NCBI GenBank assembly: GCA_030646675.1
Contig: JAUSKX010000029.1
Coordinates: forward strand, 1 to 36,201
DNA length: 36,201 nt
Reading direction: 5' to 3'
Source: Candidatus Azambacteria bacterium
GTDB taxonomy: Bacteria; Patescibacteriota; Minisyncoccia; UBA10092
Within the stretch, counting starts at the first letter, position 1, and each line of letters starts with the position of its first letter. Under the pieces are notes generated by a model. The model saw only the letters and a program-made list of their open reading frames with translations, was not told where the DNA came from and made no database searches. This document shows positions 17,341 through 27,096 of the stretch, piece by piece. A program made the position numbers and the translations under genes.

Positions 17341-17710
17341 ATTCGGTATTCGGACTGTTTTCAAAAAGAGAAAGCCACGAAATTTGTTTGTGTTTTTTGA
17401 CGGTGGTATTTTCCAAAATTCCGCGCCCAAAAAAACGTTTATCTGTGTAAAAATCTCCGGCGGAAAAAACATAAGAAATAAAAACCGCCAAAATGGAAAC
17501 TGCCGCCAAAGCCGCCGTTAGAAGAGCTTCGGAAAAATTCCTGACAAAATTAACATGCATGCCTATGTAGGCCAGAACATTAAACAGAGGACAAGCCGTG
17601 CCCGCGGCGTAAGACGCGACGCAATCGCCATGTTCGCCCATGGTCAAAAGACCGATTACGACGCCGCCCGCAAGACCGGCAATTATTAGAATTGTTAGGA
17701 GAGATTTCAT
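17339..17710 (-). CDS. Small membrane protein, candidate metal-sensing leader peptide
   Basis: 123 aa, two hydrophobic segments flanking H-x2-C-x9-CP..MH, C-terminus WLSLFENSPNTE; ATG at 17710 preferred. Confidence 0.7.
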   Translation of the reverse strand: MKSLLTILIIAGLAGGVVIGLLTMGEHGDCVASYAAGTACPLFNVLAYIGMHVNFVRNFSEALLTAALAAVSILAVFISYVFSAGDFYTDKRFFGRGILENTTVKKHKQISWLSLFENSPNTE

Positions 17711-17730
17711 AGATATTTTGTATATTAGCA

Positions 17731-18852
17731 TTATTTGACCATTACTGCAACTTCAGCAGCGATTTGGGACATTTCGTCTGTCGTGATTACGGCGATTTTT
17801 ACCGGCGATTCGTCTTTACCGATAAAGCCATCTACACTAATAGTTTTGTTATTTTTTTCATTGTCCAAAACAATCCCCAGATTTTCGAGTTCCGAGCAAA
17901 TTCTTGCGCGCATAATCGCCGAACGCTCGCCGATTGTCGCCGAAAATACCAAAAGAACGGCGCCGTTTAACGCCGCAAAATAAGAACCGATATATTTTTT
18001 GATTTTATAAACCATAATTTCCAGCGCTAGTTTGGCATTTTCATCGCCATTCTTTTCCATTTCCAAAAGTTCTTTCACATCGTTGCTTTTCCCGGATAGC
18101 CCCAAAAGCCCGCATTGAGTATTCAAATAATTTTCCATTTCATCCGGTTCGTAGCCGAATTTTTTTGATAAATAAACAACCGCTCCGGCATCAATGTCGC
18201 CTACCCTGTTTGCCATAACAACGCCCTCAAGCGGAGTAAAACCCATCGAAGTGTCAATGCTTTGGCCTTCTTTAATTGCCACAATGCTTGAACCTCCCCC
18301 CAAATGACAAATTATTATTTTTTCCGGCAGATTGCCGCTGTAAATATTTTTCAATTTGCCGACAACGGATTCGAACGAAATGCCGTGATAGCCGAATCTA
18401 AAAATATCCAGTTCTTCGGCTGTATTTTTGGGAATGCCGTAAAGCCTCGCGCGGGCGGGCATCGAGCCGTGAAACGCGCTATCGGAAACTCCGACAACGG
18501 GAATGCCCGGCAATATTTGTTCAAGCGCTTTCAACTCGGCAAGCATCGGGTTTATATGAAGCGGAGCCTGTTCTTTCGCCGCCTCCAGTTTTGCCATATA
18601 CTCTCCGTCTATAATTTTATTTTGTAAAAAATAACTTCCGGGAGCGACAACGCGAAAACCGATTGCGAAAATTTCATTTGGAGCGCCGATTAATTTTTGT
18701 TCCAAAAGCTGGCCAATAACATATTCGGTGGAATTTTCAATAAGTTTGCCGTTTTCCTTTTCAAAATGCGCGGAAAATACGCATTCACCGTCTTGGTATA
18801 GCGCGTATTTTCTTGATTCGCTTCCGACATTAACTATAAAAATTTTATTCAT
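17731..18852 (-). CDS. ackA: Acetate kinase
   Basis: VNVGSES.K, APLH, DSAFH, RFGYHG, CHLGGGSS, DTSMGFTPLEG, TDE. Confidence 0.95.
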   Translation of the reverse strand: MNKIFIVNVGSESRKYALYQDGECVFSAHFEKENGKLIENSTEYVIGQLLEQKLIGAPNEIFAIGFRVVAPGSYFLQNKIIDGEYMAKLEAAKEQAPLHINPMLAELKALEQILPGIPVVGVSDSAFHGSMPARARLYGIPKNTAEELDIFRFGYHGISFESVVGKLKNIYSGNLPEKIIICHLGGGSSIVAIKEGQSIDTSMGFTPLEGVVMANRVGDIDAGAVVYLSKKFGYEPDEMENYLNTQCGLLGLSGKSNDVKELLEMEKNGDENAKLALEIMVYKIKKYIGSYFAALNGAVLLVFSATIGERSAIMRARICSELENLGIVLDNEKNNKTISVDGFIGKDESPVKIAVITTDEMSQIAAEVAVMVK

Positions 18853-21167
18853 TTAAATGACTTCCACTGCCAATTTTCTATTTCTTCGGGGTCAACGCCG
18901 TTAATTTTAATATATTCGCGGTGTTCGTTCAATTTTTGTCTGTATTTTTTAATCAAATTTTCCGCTTTGCCTGTTTCCAAAAAACCGCGCTTTGCCATTC
19001 GAGCAAACGCATCAATCGCCAAATGGTACCTGCTGGTTTCGTTTCTTACCTGCATGTCAAAAGGCGTGGTGGTTGAACCGTTTTCAATATAGCCGTGAAC
19101 ACAAAAATTCTCGTTTTTTTCGTAATCGAACAAAAATTGCTTAAGCGTCTGGGGATAGCCGTGAAAATTAAAAATAACCTGTTTATCGTCCGTAAAATAT
19201 TTTACGAAATCAACAGAATTGCCGAGAGCCGAAAGTTCCATGACATTAACAAACCTGACTTTTATTTCCGGCGCTTCGCTCTTTACTATGTCGATTGCCG
19301 CCAAGGATTCTTTGGTTAAATAATCCCCCGCCGCGGCGAAAATAATATGCGGATTTTCTTCGCTCGCGAAATCCCAAATCATCATGCCGCTGTTTAATTC
19401 TTTTTCGGCAAGTTCCGGCGTCAGCCATCGCGGTTCCAATGTTTTCCCGGCAACTATGATATTGATTTTATTTTTTGACGCCAAGCATTTTTTCAAAACA
19501 ACCAGCGCGCTATTGCCATCCGGCGGGAAAAAGACACGGACAAAACCGCCGGGTTTCTGGAGCATGTCGCTGATGAACCCCGGATTCTGGTGCGAAAAAC
19601 CGTTGTGTTCCTGCCGCCAGCCGGATGAAGTGAGAATATAATTAAAAGACGGGATATCACCGCGCCATGGAAATTCCTTCGCCGTTTTTAAAAATTTCGC
19701 GTACTGGTCAGCCATGCTCGCGACAATTTGGATAAATGCTTCATAGGAAGCGAAAACGGCGTGGCGGCCGGTCAAAGCGTACCCCTGCGCCATTCCTTGG
19801 AGCGAATGTTCGCTTAAAAGTTCCATTACTCGCCCATCGGGTGATAAATCTTTATCCCACTCTTTTTGGGGCATCGTGAAAGCGCGGGCGGTCGTCTCGA
19901 AAACCGCGTCTAGTTTATTGGAATAAGTTTCATCGGGAGAAAACAACCGCAGATTTTTGTTTTCTTTGTTTAATTTGAAAACTTCGTTCAAGTACGCTCC
20001 GATGCGGCGCATACTGCTGGAGCCGGCGGCGCCCGGCGCCGCCGCGTCTTCCGAAAATTGTTCCGCCGGCGGAAGAACAAGCGGTTTCATGTTACCGCCA
20101 AGCGCATGCCTACTTTCCCCCATTTTCAAACCGCTTTCCGGAACAAATTCTTTTATTTCATTTATAAATCCCCCTTCGGCAGAAAAAAGTTCATCAAATT
20201 TGTATGAACGAAACCATTTTTCAACCGCTTTCAATTCTATTTTATCCATTTTGGCATTCGGCGCCGGTACCTGGTGGGAAGGAAAATTTCCTTCCATTTT
20301 TATATCGCCAAGTTTTTTTATGCCTGTCCATCCCTTTGGGGTCTTTAAAATAATCATCGGAAATTTACCATCGCCGTTAAATAACTTATTGCTTCTGGCT
20401 AGTTCCCTAATTGATTTTATTGATTGATAACTTTTTTCAAGAGCGTCAATCATTTTTGGATAAACATTGGAGCCTTCAACAATAATCGGTTCGTAGCCAT
20501 AGCCCGTAAATAGCGCTTTCAATTCACGGTTTGTCATTCTGCCAAAAATTGTCGGCCCAGAAATTTTATAGCCATTCAAATGTAAAATAGGCAAAACGGC
20601 GCCGTTTCCAACCGGAGAAATAAGTTTATTCAAATGCCAAGAGGCCGCGAGCGGGCCGGTTTCAGCTTCGCCGTCGCCGATGACACAGGCGGCGATTAAA
20701 TCGGGATTGTCCAAAACTGCGCCGTAAGCGGTGGAAAGCGCGTAGCCGAGTTCCCCGCCTTCCAAAATAACTCCCGGCGCGCCAGGGTTGCTGTGGCTGG
20801 GAAATCCGTACGGCCAGCAGAAATTTTTCACGACATAACCAACGCCCTTTTCATCGCGCGCCGCCTCCGGATAATATTTTTCAAGCGTTCCTTCAAGAAA
20901 TAAATTTGCCTGAAGCGCCGCGAATCCATGCCCGGGACCCATTATAAAAAGAATATCGGCGCGGTGTTTTTTTATTAAATAATTTAAATTGGCGTAAATA
21001 AAATTTATGCCCGGGCAAGTGCCCCAATGGCCCAAAAGCCGCGGCTTGATATCGCCGAAAGAAAGTTTTCTTTTCAATAAAAAATTGTCTTTAAGATAAA
21101 CCTGCGTAGCGGCAAGATAATTTGTTGCCCTGACATATTTTTTTATTGATTCAACGGCGTCAAACAT
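18849..21167 (-). CDS. xfp: Xylulose-5-phosphate/fructose-6-phosphate phosphoketolase
   Basis: LGHWGTCPG, GPGHG, EGGELGY, GDGEAETG, LNGYKI, PDET.SN, LSEH, QEHNGFSHQ; ATG at 21167 preferred. Confidence 0.96.
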   Translation of the reverse strand: MFDAVESIKKYVRATNYLAATQVYLKDNFLLKRKLSFGDIKPRLLGHWGTCPGINFIYANLNYLIKKHRADILFIMGPGHGFAALQANLFLEGTLEKYYPEAARDEKGVGYVVKNFCWPYGFPSHSNPGAPGVILEGGELGYALSTAYGAVLDNPDLIAACVIGDGEAETGPLAASWHLNKLISPVGNGAVLPILHLNGYKISGPTIFGRMTNRELKALFTGYGYEPIIVEGSNVYPKMIDALEKSYQSIKSIRELARSNKLFNGDGKFPMIILKTPKGWTGIKKLGDIKMEGNFPSHQVPAPNAKMDKIELKAVEKWFRSYKFDELFSAEGGFINEIKEFVPESGLKMGESRHALGGNMKPLVLPPAEQFSEDAAAPGAAGSSSMRRIGAYLNEVFKLNKENKNLRLFSPDETYSNKLDAVFETTARAFTMPQKEWDKDLSPDGRVMELLSEHSLQGMAQGYALTGRHAVFASYEAFIQIVASMADQYAKFLKTAKEFPWRGDIPSFNYILTSSGWRQEHNGFSHQNPGFISDMLQKPGGFVRVFFPPDGNSALVVLKKCLASKNKINIIVAGKTLEPRWLTPELAEKELNSGMMIWDFASEENPHIIFAAAGDYLTKESLAAIDIVKSEAPEIKVRFVNVMELSALGNSVDFVKYFTDDKQVIFNFHGYPQTLKQFLFDYEKNENFCVHGYIENGSTTTPFDMQVRNETSRYHLAIDAFARMAKRGFLETGKAENLIKKYRQKLNEHREYIKINGVDPEEIENWQWKSFK

Positions 21168-21477
21168 TGCGTTTTGAATTATCAAATATAGTAATATCGC
21201 CCTTATCGTATCGTCCCATTTCAAATCCGTCGTAAATAAAATGGTCGCCGTCTTGGCCGAAATAAAGCGCTGTTTTTCTGTCCAGAACTACGATAAAGCC
21301 ACGTAGTCCCGAAGCCGAGGGCAAAATATCAATCCGTCTGACTTTGGAAAAAAGTTCCTGCGCCTCGTTAAACAGCGGGTCGCTGATGCCCATTTTTCTG
21401 GCCATTCTGAGCATCGCCCAACCCGGCCAAAGTTTGAAGATTAATTTTGTAAACCAAGTAATTTTTACTCCGCTCAT
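21160..21477 (-). CDS. Hypothetical protein
   Basis: 105-aa ORF filling the gap between typA and xfp, co-oriented, overlapping the xfp start by 8 nt. Confidence 0.65.
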   Translation of the reverse strand: MSGVKITWFTKLIFKLWPGWAMLRMARKMGISDPLFNEAQELFSKVRRIDILPSASGLRGFIVVLDRKTALYFGQDGDHFIYDGFEMGRYDKGDITIFDNSKRNV

Positions 21478-21484
21478 GTGTTTA

Positions 21485-23281
21485 TTATACTTCTTTTTGC
21501 CTTTTGGCGCGAGTACGCGCCAATTCCGTCAGAAATTGTTTTCTCAAGCGGATGCTTTTTGGCGTCACTTCCAAATATTCGTCGTCGTTTATAATCTCTA
21601 AACCGCGTTCAAGAGTAAGTTCCAGCGGCGGAGTTAATGTCAGCGCTTCGTCGGACGCTTTAGAACGCATATTGGTTAATTGCTTGCCTTTTGTCGGATT
21701 AACGGACATGTCGTTGCCCTTGGAGGCATTGCCGATAACCATTCCCGTGTAAACTTCCACGCCGGCGCCGATATATAAAACACCCCTGTCTTGCAAATTA
21801 TATAATGAAAAGCCCAGCGCTTTGCCGTCGGCCATTGAAACCATTGAACATAGCGTTTGCTTGCTAATTTCTCCGGCAAACGGCCGGAAACCGATAACAC
21901 GGCTATACATTATCCCCTCGCCCCTTGTGTCTATAACAAACTCCCCGCGATAGCCCAGCAAGCCCCGTGTCGGAATTTCAAAAATAATTCGCGAGTTGGT
22001 TTGGTCTTGGCTGACATCAATCATACTGCCTTTTCTTTTGGACATTTTTTCTATAACCGTCCCCATCATGTTAGCCGGCACCATAATTGTAACTTCTTCA
22101 AACGGTTCCAATTTTTTCCCTTCTTCTTCTTTATAAATAACCTGCGGCTTGGAAACCTGAAGTTCGTAACCTTCACGCCGCATATTTTCAAGCAAAATGG
22201 CAATGTGCAATTCGCCCCTGCCGTATACTTTAAAGTATTCCGAGGATGAAAAATCAATTTTCAATCCAACATTAACCTCCAATTCTTTTTCCAATCGTTC
22301 TCGTATTTGGCGGCTGGTTACAAGTTTGCCTTCCCGTCCCGCGAAAGGAGAATTATTTACCAAAAAATTAAGCGAAATTGTCGGCTCGTCTATACTAATC
22401 GCCGGCAATGCCTCCTGCGAGACATCGGCGCAAATTGTTTCGCCGATAAAAATGTCGGGCAATCCGGCAATCATAACAATATCTCCGGCAACCGCTTCCG
22501 AAACTTCTTTTCTTTTCAATCCTTCAAAAGTAAATATTTTGTTTATTTTGCCCGGGCGCGTTTCTCCAGTGCTATTTTTTATAAAAACATTTCCGCCGGT
22601 TTTGATAATACCGTCGTAAATTCTGCCTATGGCAAGACGGCCCATAAAATTGTCGTAAGCGAGATTAAACGGCTGAACTCTGAAAGGTTTTTTATTCAAT
22701 TCTTCCGATGATGCTTCGGGAACTTCTTTTAATATAATTTCCAAAAGCGGAGTGAGGTCTTTTGAATCGTCCGCCAAATTCAGTTTGGCAATTCCCTCCT
22801 TGGCGATTGCGTATATCACGGGAAAATCCAACTGGTCGTCATTCGCGCCGAGAGCCATGAAAAGTTCCAGAACTTTTTCATGCGCCCATTCCGGCCGGGC
22901 CGCCGGCTTGTCTATTTTGTTAATAACCACAATCGGTTTCAATCCGAGTTCCAATGATTTTTTCAAAACAAATTTTGTCTGAGGCATCGGCCCTTCCTGC
23001 GCGTCGACAACCAAAAGCACCGAATCAATGGAACGCAGAACGCGCTCGACTTCCGAACCGAAATCAGCGTGCCCTGGGGTGTCCACCAAATTTATTTTGG
23101 TATCCTTATAAAAAATAGAAGCGTTTTTTGAATAAATAGTAATCCCCCGCTCCTGTTCCAAAGCGTTTGAATCCATGCTTATGCCTTCTTCAATCATTCC
23201 TGTCTGGCGAAGTAAAGCATCTGTTAATTTTGTTTTCCCATGGTCAACATGGGCAATAATAGCGATGTTCCTGATTTTCAT
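21485..23281 (-). CDS. typA: Translational GTPase TypA/BipA
   Basis: [57 protein letters not shown]; ATG at 23281. Confidence 0.97.
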   Translation of the reverse strand: MKIRNIAIIAHVDHGKTKLTDALLRQTGMIEEGISMDSNALEQERGITIYSKNASIFYKDTKINLVDTPGHADFGSEVERVLRSIDSVLLVVDAQEGPMPQTKFVLKKSLELGLKPIVVINKIDKPAARPEWAHEKVLELFMALGANDDQLDFPVIYAIAKEGIAKLNLADDSKDLTPLLEIILKEVPEASSEELNKKPFRVQPFNLAYDNFMGRLAIGRIYDGIIKTGGNVFIKNSTGETRPGKINKIFTFEGLKRKEVSEAVAGDIVMIAGLPDIFIGETICADVSQEALPAISIDEPTISLNFLVNNSPFAGREGKLVTSRQIRERLEKELEVNVGLKIDFSSSEYFKVYGRGELHIAILLENMRREGYELQVSKPQVIYKEEEGKKLEPFEEVTIMVPANMMGTVIEKMSKRKGSMIDVSQDQTNSRIIFEIPTRGLLGYRGEFVIDTRGEGIMYSRVIGFRPFAGEISKQTLCSMVSMADGKALGFSLYNLQDRGVLYIGAGVEVYTGMVIGNASKGNDMSVNPTKGKQLTNMRSKASDEALTLTPPLELTLERGLEIINDDEYLEVTPKSIRLRKQFLTELARTRAKRQKEV

Positions 23282-23337
23282 AAAAATAAAAAGCCGTTTA
23301 ATCAGCGGCTCTATTTTGCCATAAAAAATCCCAAAAG

Positions 23338-23368
23338 TCAAAAACAAAAGCCCCATAGTTACAGGGCT
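23338..23368 (-). terminator. Intrinsic terminator
   Basis: Minus strand AGCCCTGT-AACT-ATGGGGCT followed by TTTGTTTTT. Confidence 0.7.
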
Positions 23369-23382
23369 GTTTTTATATTTTC

Positions 23383-24069
23383 TTATTCGCCTTTAAGATA
23401 TCTCAAAACAATCATTCTTAATCCTTCAAGATTGATTCTTTCTTTGCTAATAGAAACGTATTCCATCAAATGCGCCAGATTTTCTTTATCTATATTTATC
23501 TTTTTCAATATGGGGATAAAGGTTCTATCTTTAACGGCCGCTATCACAAAAAGAATTCGCGATATCAGTTGAGCTTTTCTATCATCGGAACCAAAAACGC
23601 ACTGTTCGTGGAATTTTTCTATAATCTCCCTGAAAAGTTTTCGCGCGTTTTCGTTGTACAGATTTTTTTCATGTAGCAACTTACCGCACAAGATAACAAG
23701 CATGTCTTTTATATTGTTGTAGGCATAACTACTACCCATTCCGGATCTTATGGAATCAACCATCAAGTCCAATATTCTTTGTTTTTGCGACCCTTGATGC
23801 CGGCACAACTCTCTAAATAGCATGCAGACCGTTTCATAATCATCTATTTTGAGATATGCTTCAACCCTTTTAATAAGCCAATTCACATTGTCTTCCCAAT
23901 CCGGATTAATCTCACTCAAACATGCTTCTCTAACTTCCCTGATTGGCATGTTATCAAATGCTTCTCTATAATCTTTAAACCCCCATCTTACTTCTTCTGT
24001 TTGCATACCCGCTTTTCCTGTTCGTCTAACCGGAAAATCTACAACCCCCACAACTTTCTTCTCTTCCAT
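23383..24069 (-). CDS. Hypothetical alpha-helical protein (orphan)
   Basis: 228-aa ORF with AAGGAGG SD, its own promoter and terminator. Confidence 0.75.
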   Translation of the reverse strand: MEEKKVVGVVDFPVRRTGKAGMQTEEVRWGFKDYREAFDNMPIREVREACLSEINPDWEDNVNWLIKRVEAYLKIDDYETVCMLFRELCRHQGSQKQRILDLMVDSIRSGMGSSYAYNNIKDMLVILCGKLLHEKNLYNENARKLFREIIEKFHEQCVFGSDDRKAQLISRILFVIAAVKDRTFIPILKKINIDKENLAHLMEYVSISKERINLEGLRMIVLRYLKGE

Positions 24070-24121
24070 TTTTGCCTCCTTTACAAGGAACTGATTTTTT
24101 ATCGTCTGCGACGATATACAG

Positions 24122-24150
24122 AAAATACCATTAAAAGATTAGGCTGTCAA
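24122..24150 (-). promoter_or_regulatory. Putative sigma70 promoter
   Basis: TTGACA-17 nt-TATTTT with TG extended -10. Confidence 0.65.
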
Positions 24151-24161
24151 CACAACCGGAT

Positions 24162-24380
24162 TTATTTTATCTCAACGATTTTTTGGCGGGAGGTGTGGCC
24201 GATAATAATATTTACGGACGAAAGCGGAACGCCAAAACGATTAGCCAGCGCTTTGATAACCGCCACGTTCGCTTTTCCTTTACTCGGCGGTTCTTTTACG
24301 CAAATTTCAAAATTGGTTTCGCTTAGTTTTTTTATGCTCTCTTCCTTGGAATTCGGTTTTACTTTAACAAAAATTTTCAT
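24162..24380 (-). CDS. DUF167 (YggU/UPF0235) family protein
   Basis: VKVKPNSK, EPPSKGKAN, IIIGHTSRQK. Confidence 0.92.
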   Translation of the reverse strand: MKIFVKVKPNSKEESIKKLSETNFEICVKEPPSKGKANVAVIKALANRFGVPLSSVNIIIGHTSRQKIVEIK

Positions 24381-24382
24381 AT

Positions 24383-25215
24383 TTAGTATTTATTACTAAA
24401 ATCATTAAGAGCATTAATCAATACTTTGGTCATTTCGCCGACTTGGCCATTACCAATTTTTTTGTTATCTACTTCAACAACCGGAACGATGCCCTTATTG
24501 GTTGCCGTCAGAAATATCTCCGAAGCCGCAAAAAAATCTTTTTCTGGAATTTCTCGCTCTTCTATATCTATCCCTTCTGTTTTGCCAATTTAATAATAAA
24601 ATTTCTGGTTATACCTGAAAGTATGTTTTCTTTCGGAGTAATAATTTTATTATTTTTTACAATAAATAAATTACTGGTTGATGCTTCCAGAAAGTTTCCG
24701 TTTTGGAAGTAAACAATTTCAATCGCTTTATTTTTCTCTTTTATTTTCTGATGTTTTATAGCCGCCACATAATTGGTGGTTTTTGTTAAAGGAAATTGCC
24801 GGTTGTATTTTAGTGTCACTACTTTTGCTCCTTTTGAATAAATTTCCTTAGGAAGATCGATAAATTTTTCAATCAGAATTAAAAATGTTTCGTTTCCGCC
24901 AATATGACTAAAACCATTATCGCTCGGGCCGCCGGTCAAAATAGTTCTAATAACTGATTTTGAAAATTCATTAAGTTTGATGATTTTTTGCAGAATATTT
25001 TTGTACTCATTTTTGGCGATTGGAATTTTTAGATTTAATTCTTTGGCCGAGTTTTGAAGTCTTTCCCAATGCAAATCTAAAAGAAAAGGCTTTTTATTTT
25101 CAGTGCACATAACATCAAAAACACCATAGCCGCGAAGCAAGCCGATATCATACGGGTTAATGCCTACCTTATCCAGAGTGACAATTTTGCCATTAAAATA
25201 ACAATATTTTTTCAT
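24383..25215 (-). pseudogene. Class IV PLP aminotransferase (IlvE/D-amino-acid aminotransferase-like) with a one-base frameshift
   Basis: D.GLLRGYGVFD, KTTNY, EASTSNLF, ILSGITR, then TAG at 24568-24570; the missing C-terminus (IEEREI..SEIFLTATNKGIVPVVEVD.KKIGNGQVG) continues in the -1 frame to TAA at 24383. Confidence 0.85.
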
Positions 25216-26186
25216 ATGATCACTGTTTTTTGCTTGATGATTTCACGCAGAATTTCTTCAACGCGCTTGATGCTGTTTTTATCGTTTATGGAAATGGCCA
25301 AGACTTTTTTACCTGTTGCTTCAAGCGCTTTTATTTTTTTCTCAATTTCTTTTTCCTCCAATAAATCCGATTTGCTCAAAAAAATGTATTCGGTTTTTTC
25401 CAAAAGTTCTTTGTTGTATGCCCCAAGTTCGTTTCTGATGATTTGATAGTCCCTGGCCGGGTTAACCGATTCCACGGAAATAAAATGGAAGAGAGTTTTT
25501 ACGCGTTCAATATGGCGCAAGAATTTTATGCCAAGACCTTTTCCGCCTGATGCTCCTTCAATAAGCCCCGGGATATCGGCCAAAATTAATTCATAATAAG
25601 TACCAAGATTCGGGTCAAGCGTGGTAAAAGGATAATTGGCCACTTTGCTTTTGGCGCTGGTTAATTCATTAAGCAAGCTTGATTTCCCGACATTCGGCAA
25701 GCCGATAAACCCCACATCGGCTATTAATTTTAATTCGAGCCGCAGTTGATGTTCCTCTCCCTGTGTGCCTTCTTCAAATTCTTTCGGAGACGTATTTGTT
25801 GACGAACGAAATTTGAAATTTCCTTTTCCGCCGATGCCGCTTTTGGCAATCAATGATTGCTGGCCGATTGCCATAATTTCCAAATTTTCTCCAGAAGATA
25901 AATTGTGCACTACCGTGCCAACCGGCACTTTTAAAATAAGATTCTTGCCATCGGCGCCGTCATTAAATTGTTTTTTTCCGTTTTCGCCGTTTTCCGCTTT
26001 TAATTTTTTCTGATAACGAAATTGGTTAAGCGCGCCCAAATCCGACACGCCTTCAAAATAGACACTTCCCCCATTGCCGCCATCGGCGCCGGCCGGCCCG
26101 AGGTTCATTTTGGTATTATTAAAAGCCACGGCTCCGCGGCCGCCATTTCCGGCTTTCACTTCAATTGTAACGTCGTCTATAAGCAT
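25212..26186 (-). CDS. obgE: GTPase ObgE
   Basis: Gly-rich Obg fold (AGNGGRG, GADGGNGG), LELKLIADVG, GLPNVGKS, YPFTT, DIPG, FLRHIER. Confidence 0.97.
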   Translation of the reverse strand: MLIDDVTIEVKAGNGGRGAVAFNNTKMNLGPAGADGGNGGSVYFEGVSDLGALNQFRYQKKLKAENGENGKKQFNDGADGKNLILKVPVGTVVHNLSSGENLEIMAIGQQSLIAKSGIGGKGNFKFRSSTNTSPKEFEEGTQGEEHQLRLELKLIADVGFIGLPNVGKSSLLNELTSAKSKVANYPFTTLDPNLGTYYELILADIPGLIEGASGGKGLGIKFLRHIERVKTLFHFISVESVNPARDYQIIRNELGAYNKELLEKTEYIFLSKSDLLEEKEIEKKIKALEATGKKVLAISINDKNSIKRVEEILREIIKQKTVII

Positions 26187-26193
26187 TAAAAAT

Positions 26194-27096
26194 TTATTTT
26201 ATAAACTCATTTACCGTGTCCAAAAATTTTCTCGGGTTGACGCTGGCTCCGTTAATCTTAACAGTAAAATGAAGATGCGGGGCAAGAGAATAGCCGGTTG
26301 AACCGACAAGGCCGATAATTTCTCCTCTTTTTACTTTAGAATTTACAACGGTTTTAATTTCGGAAAGGTGAAGATATCCGGAAAATATTCCCAAACCGTG
26401 GTCAATTATCACGGTTTTCCCATAATCCGGGAGCTCTCCGATAAACTGCGCGACACCGTCGTTAATGCTGAAAACAGAATCGCCCAAATCCGCCTTTAAG
26501 TCAACTCCGAAGTGGCGCACGCTTCCGCCCGAAGATTGTCTCAAAGTTCCAAAATTCCCGACATCAGTCCATTTTTTGAGCGGATTTATAAAAGACTCGC
26601 TGAACCCGATTTTCGGAGTAAATATCTTGAATATCGAATCGAGAGTCGGTTTGTCGTTAGAAATAATATTATTGATAAGAGCCGCGGCGCCTATTCCTTG
26701 TTTAGTCATTTCTTTGGAAACAACAAGTTTTGTCTTTTTAACCGGACCAAGTAAAATAGTTAACTGGCTGGTTAATTCTTCTCCGGATGCAAGCTTAACA
26801 TAAAATGGTATTTTTTCCGGCTTTGATTTTGCGTCAATCCCGATAATCGCGAAATAACTTAACCCACGGCGAAAAAATGAAACCGGCTTTGAGCCAAGCC
26901 GGGCTTCTGCCGGAGCGCGCCAAACACCGTCAAGACGGACAACCAGCACATCCCCTTGTTCAATTTTTTCGCCGGAAAATACCAACTTTGGCCCTTCGAT
27001 AAATTTCCATGCAAAAAAAAGAGACGCCGCAATAATAATGCCAGCGACAAAGAACAAAATGGTTAAAAATTTTTTACGTTTGATTTTGAACTTCAT
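26194..27096 (-). CDS. M23 family peptidoglycan endopeptidase
   Basis: N-terminal TM, HFGVD (HxxxD), YLHL, GSTG, PHLHF (HxH). Confidence 0.92.
   Translation of the reverse strand: MKFKIKRKKFLTILFFVAGIIIAASLFFAWKFIEGPKLVFSGEKIEQGDVLVVRLDGVWRAPAEARLGSKPVSFFRRGLSYFAIIGIDAKSKPEKIPFYVKLASGEELTSQLTILLGPVKKTKLVVSKEMTKQGIGAAALINNIISNDKPTLDSIFKIFTPKIGFSESFINPLKKWTDVGNFGTLRQSSGGSVRHFGVDLKADLGDSVFSINDGVAQFIGELPDYGKTVIIDHGLGIFSGYLHLSEIKTVVNSKVKRGEIIGLVGSTGYSLAPHLHFTVKINGASVNPRKFLDTVNEFIK

Noticed and set aside
20169-20186. Possible palindromic insertion (SAEGG) in xfp
   Set aside because: The symmetry is weak and the segment matches the usual length of this phosphoketolase loop.
23282-23356. Upstream extension of typA (also xfp 21168-21224, FKBP 30568-30645, FecR 30087-30119)
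   Set aside because: These extensions overlap terminators, promoters or upstream genes, and the conserved N-termini begin at the later ATG.
24568-24570. Stop-codon readthrough or alternative genetic code at the aminotransferase TAG
   Set aside because: The missing C-terminus is in a different frame and a second in-frame TAG follows, so it is a frameshift. TGA, TAG and TAA all act as normal stops elsewhere.
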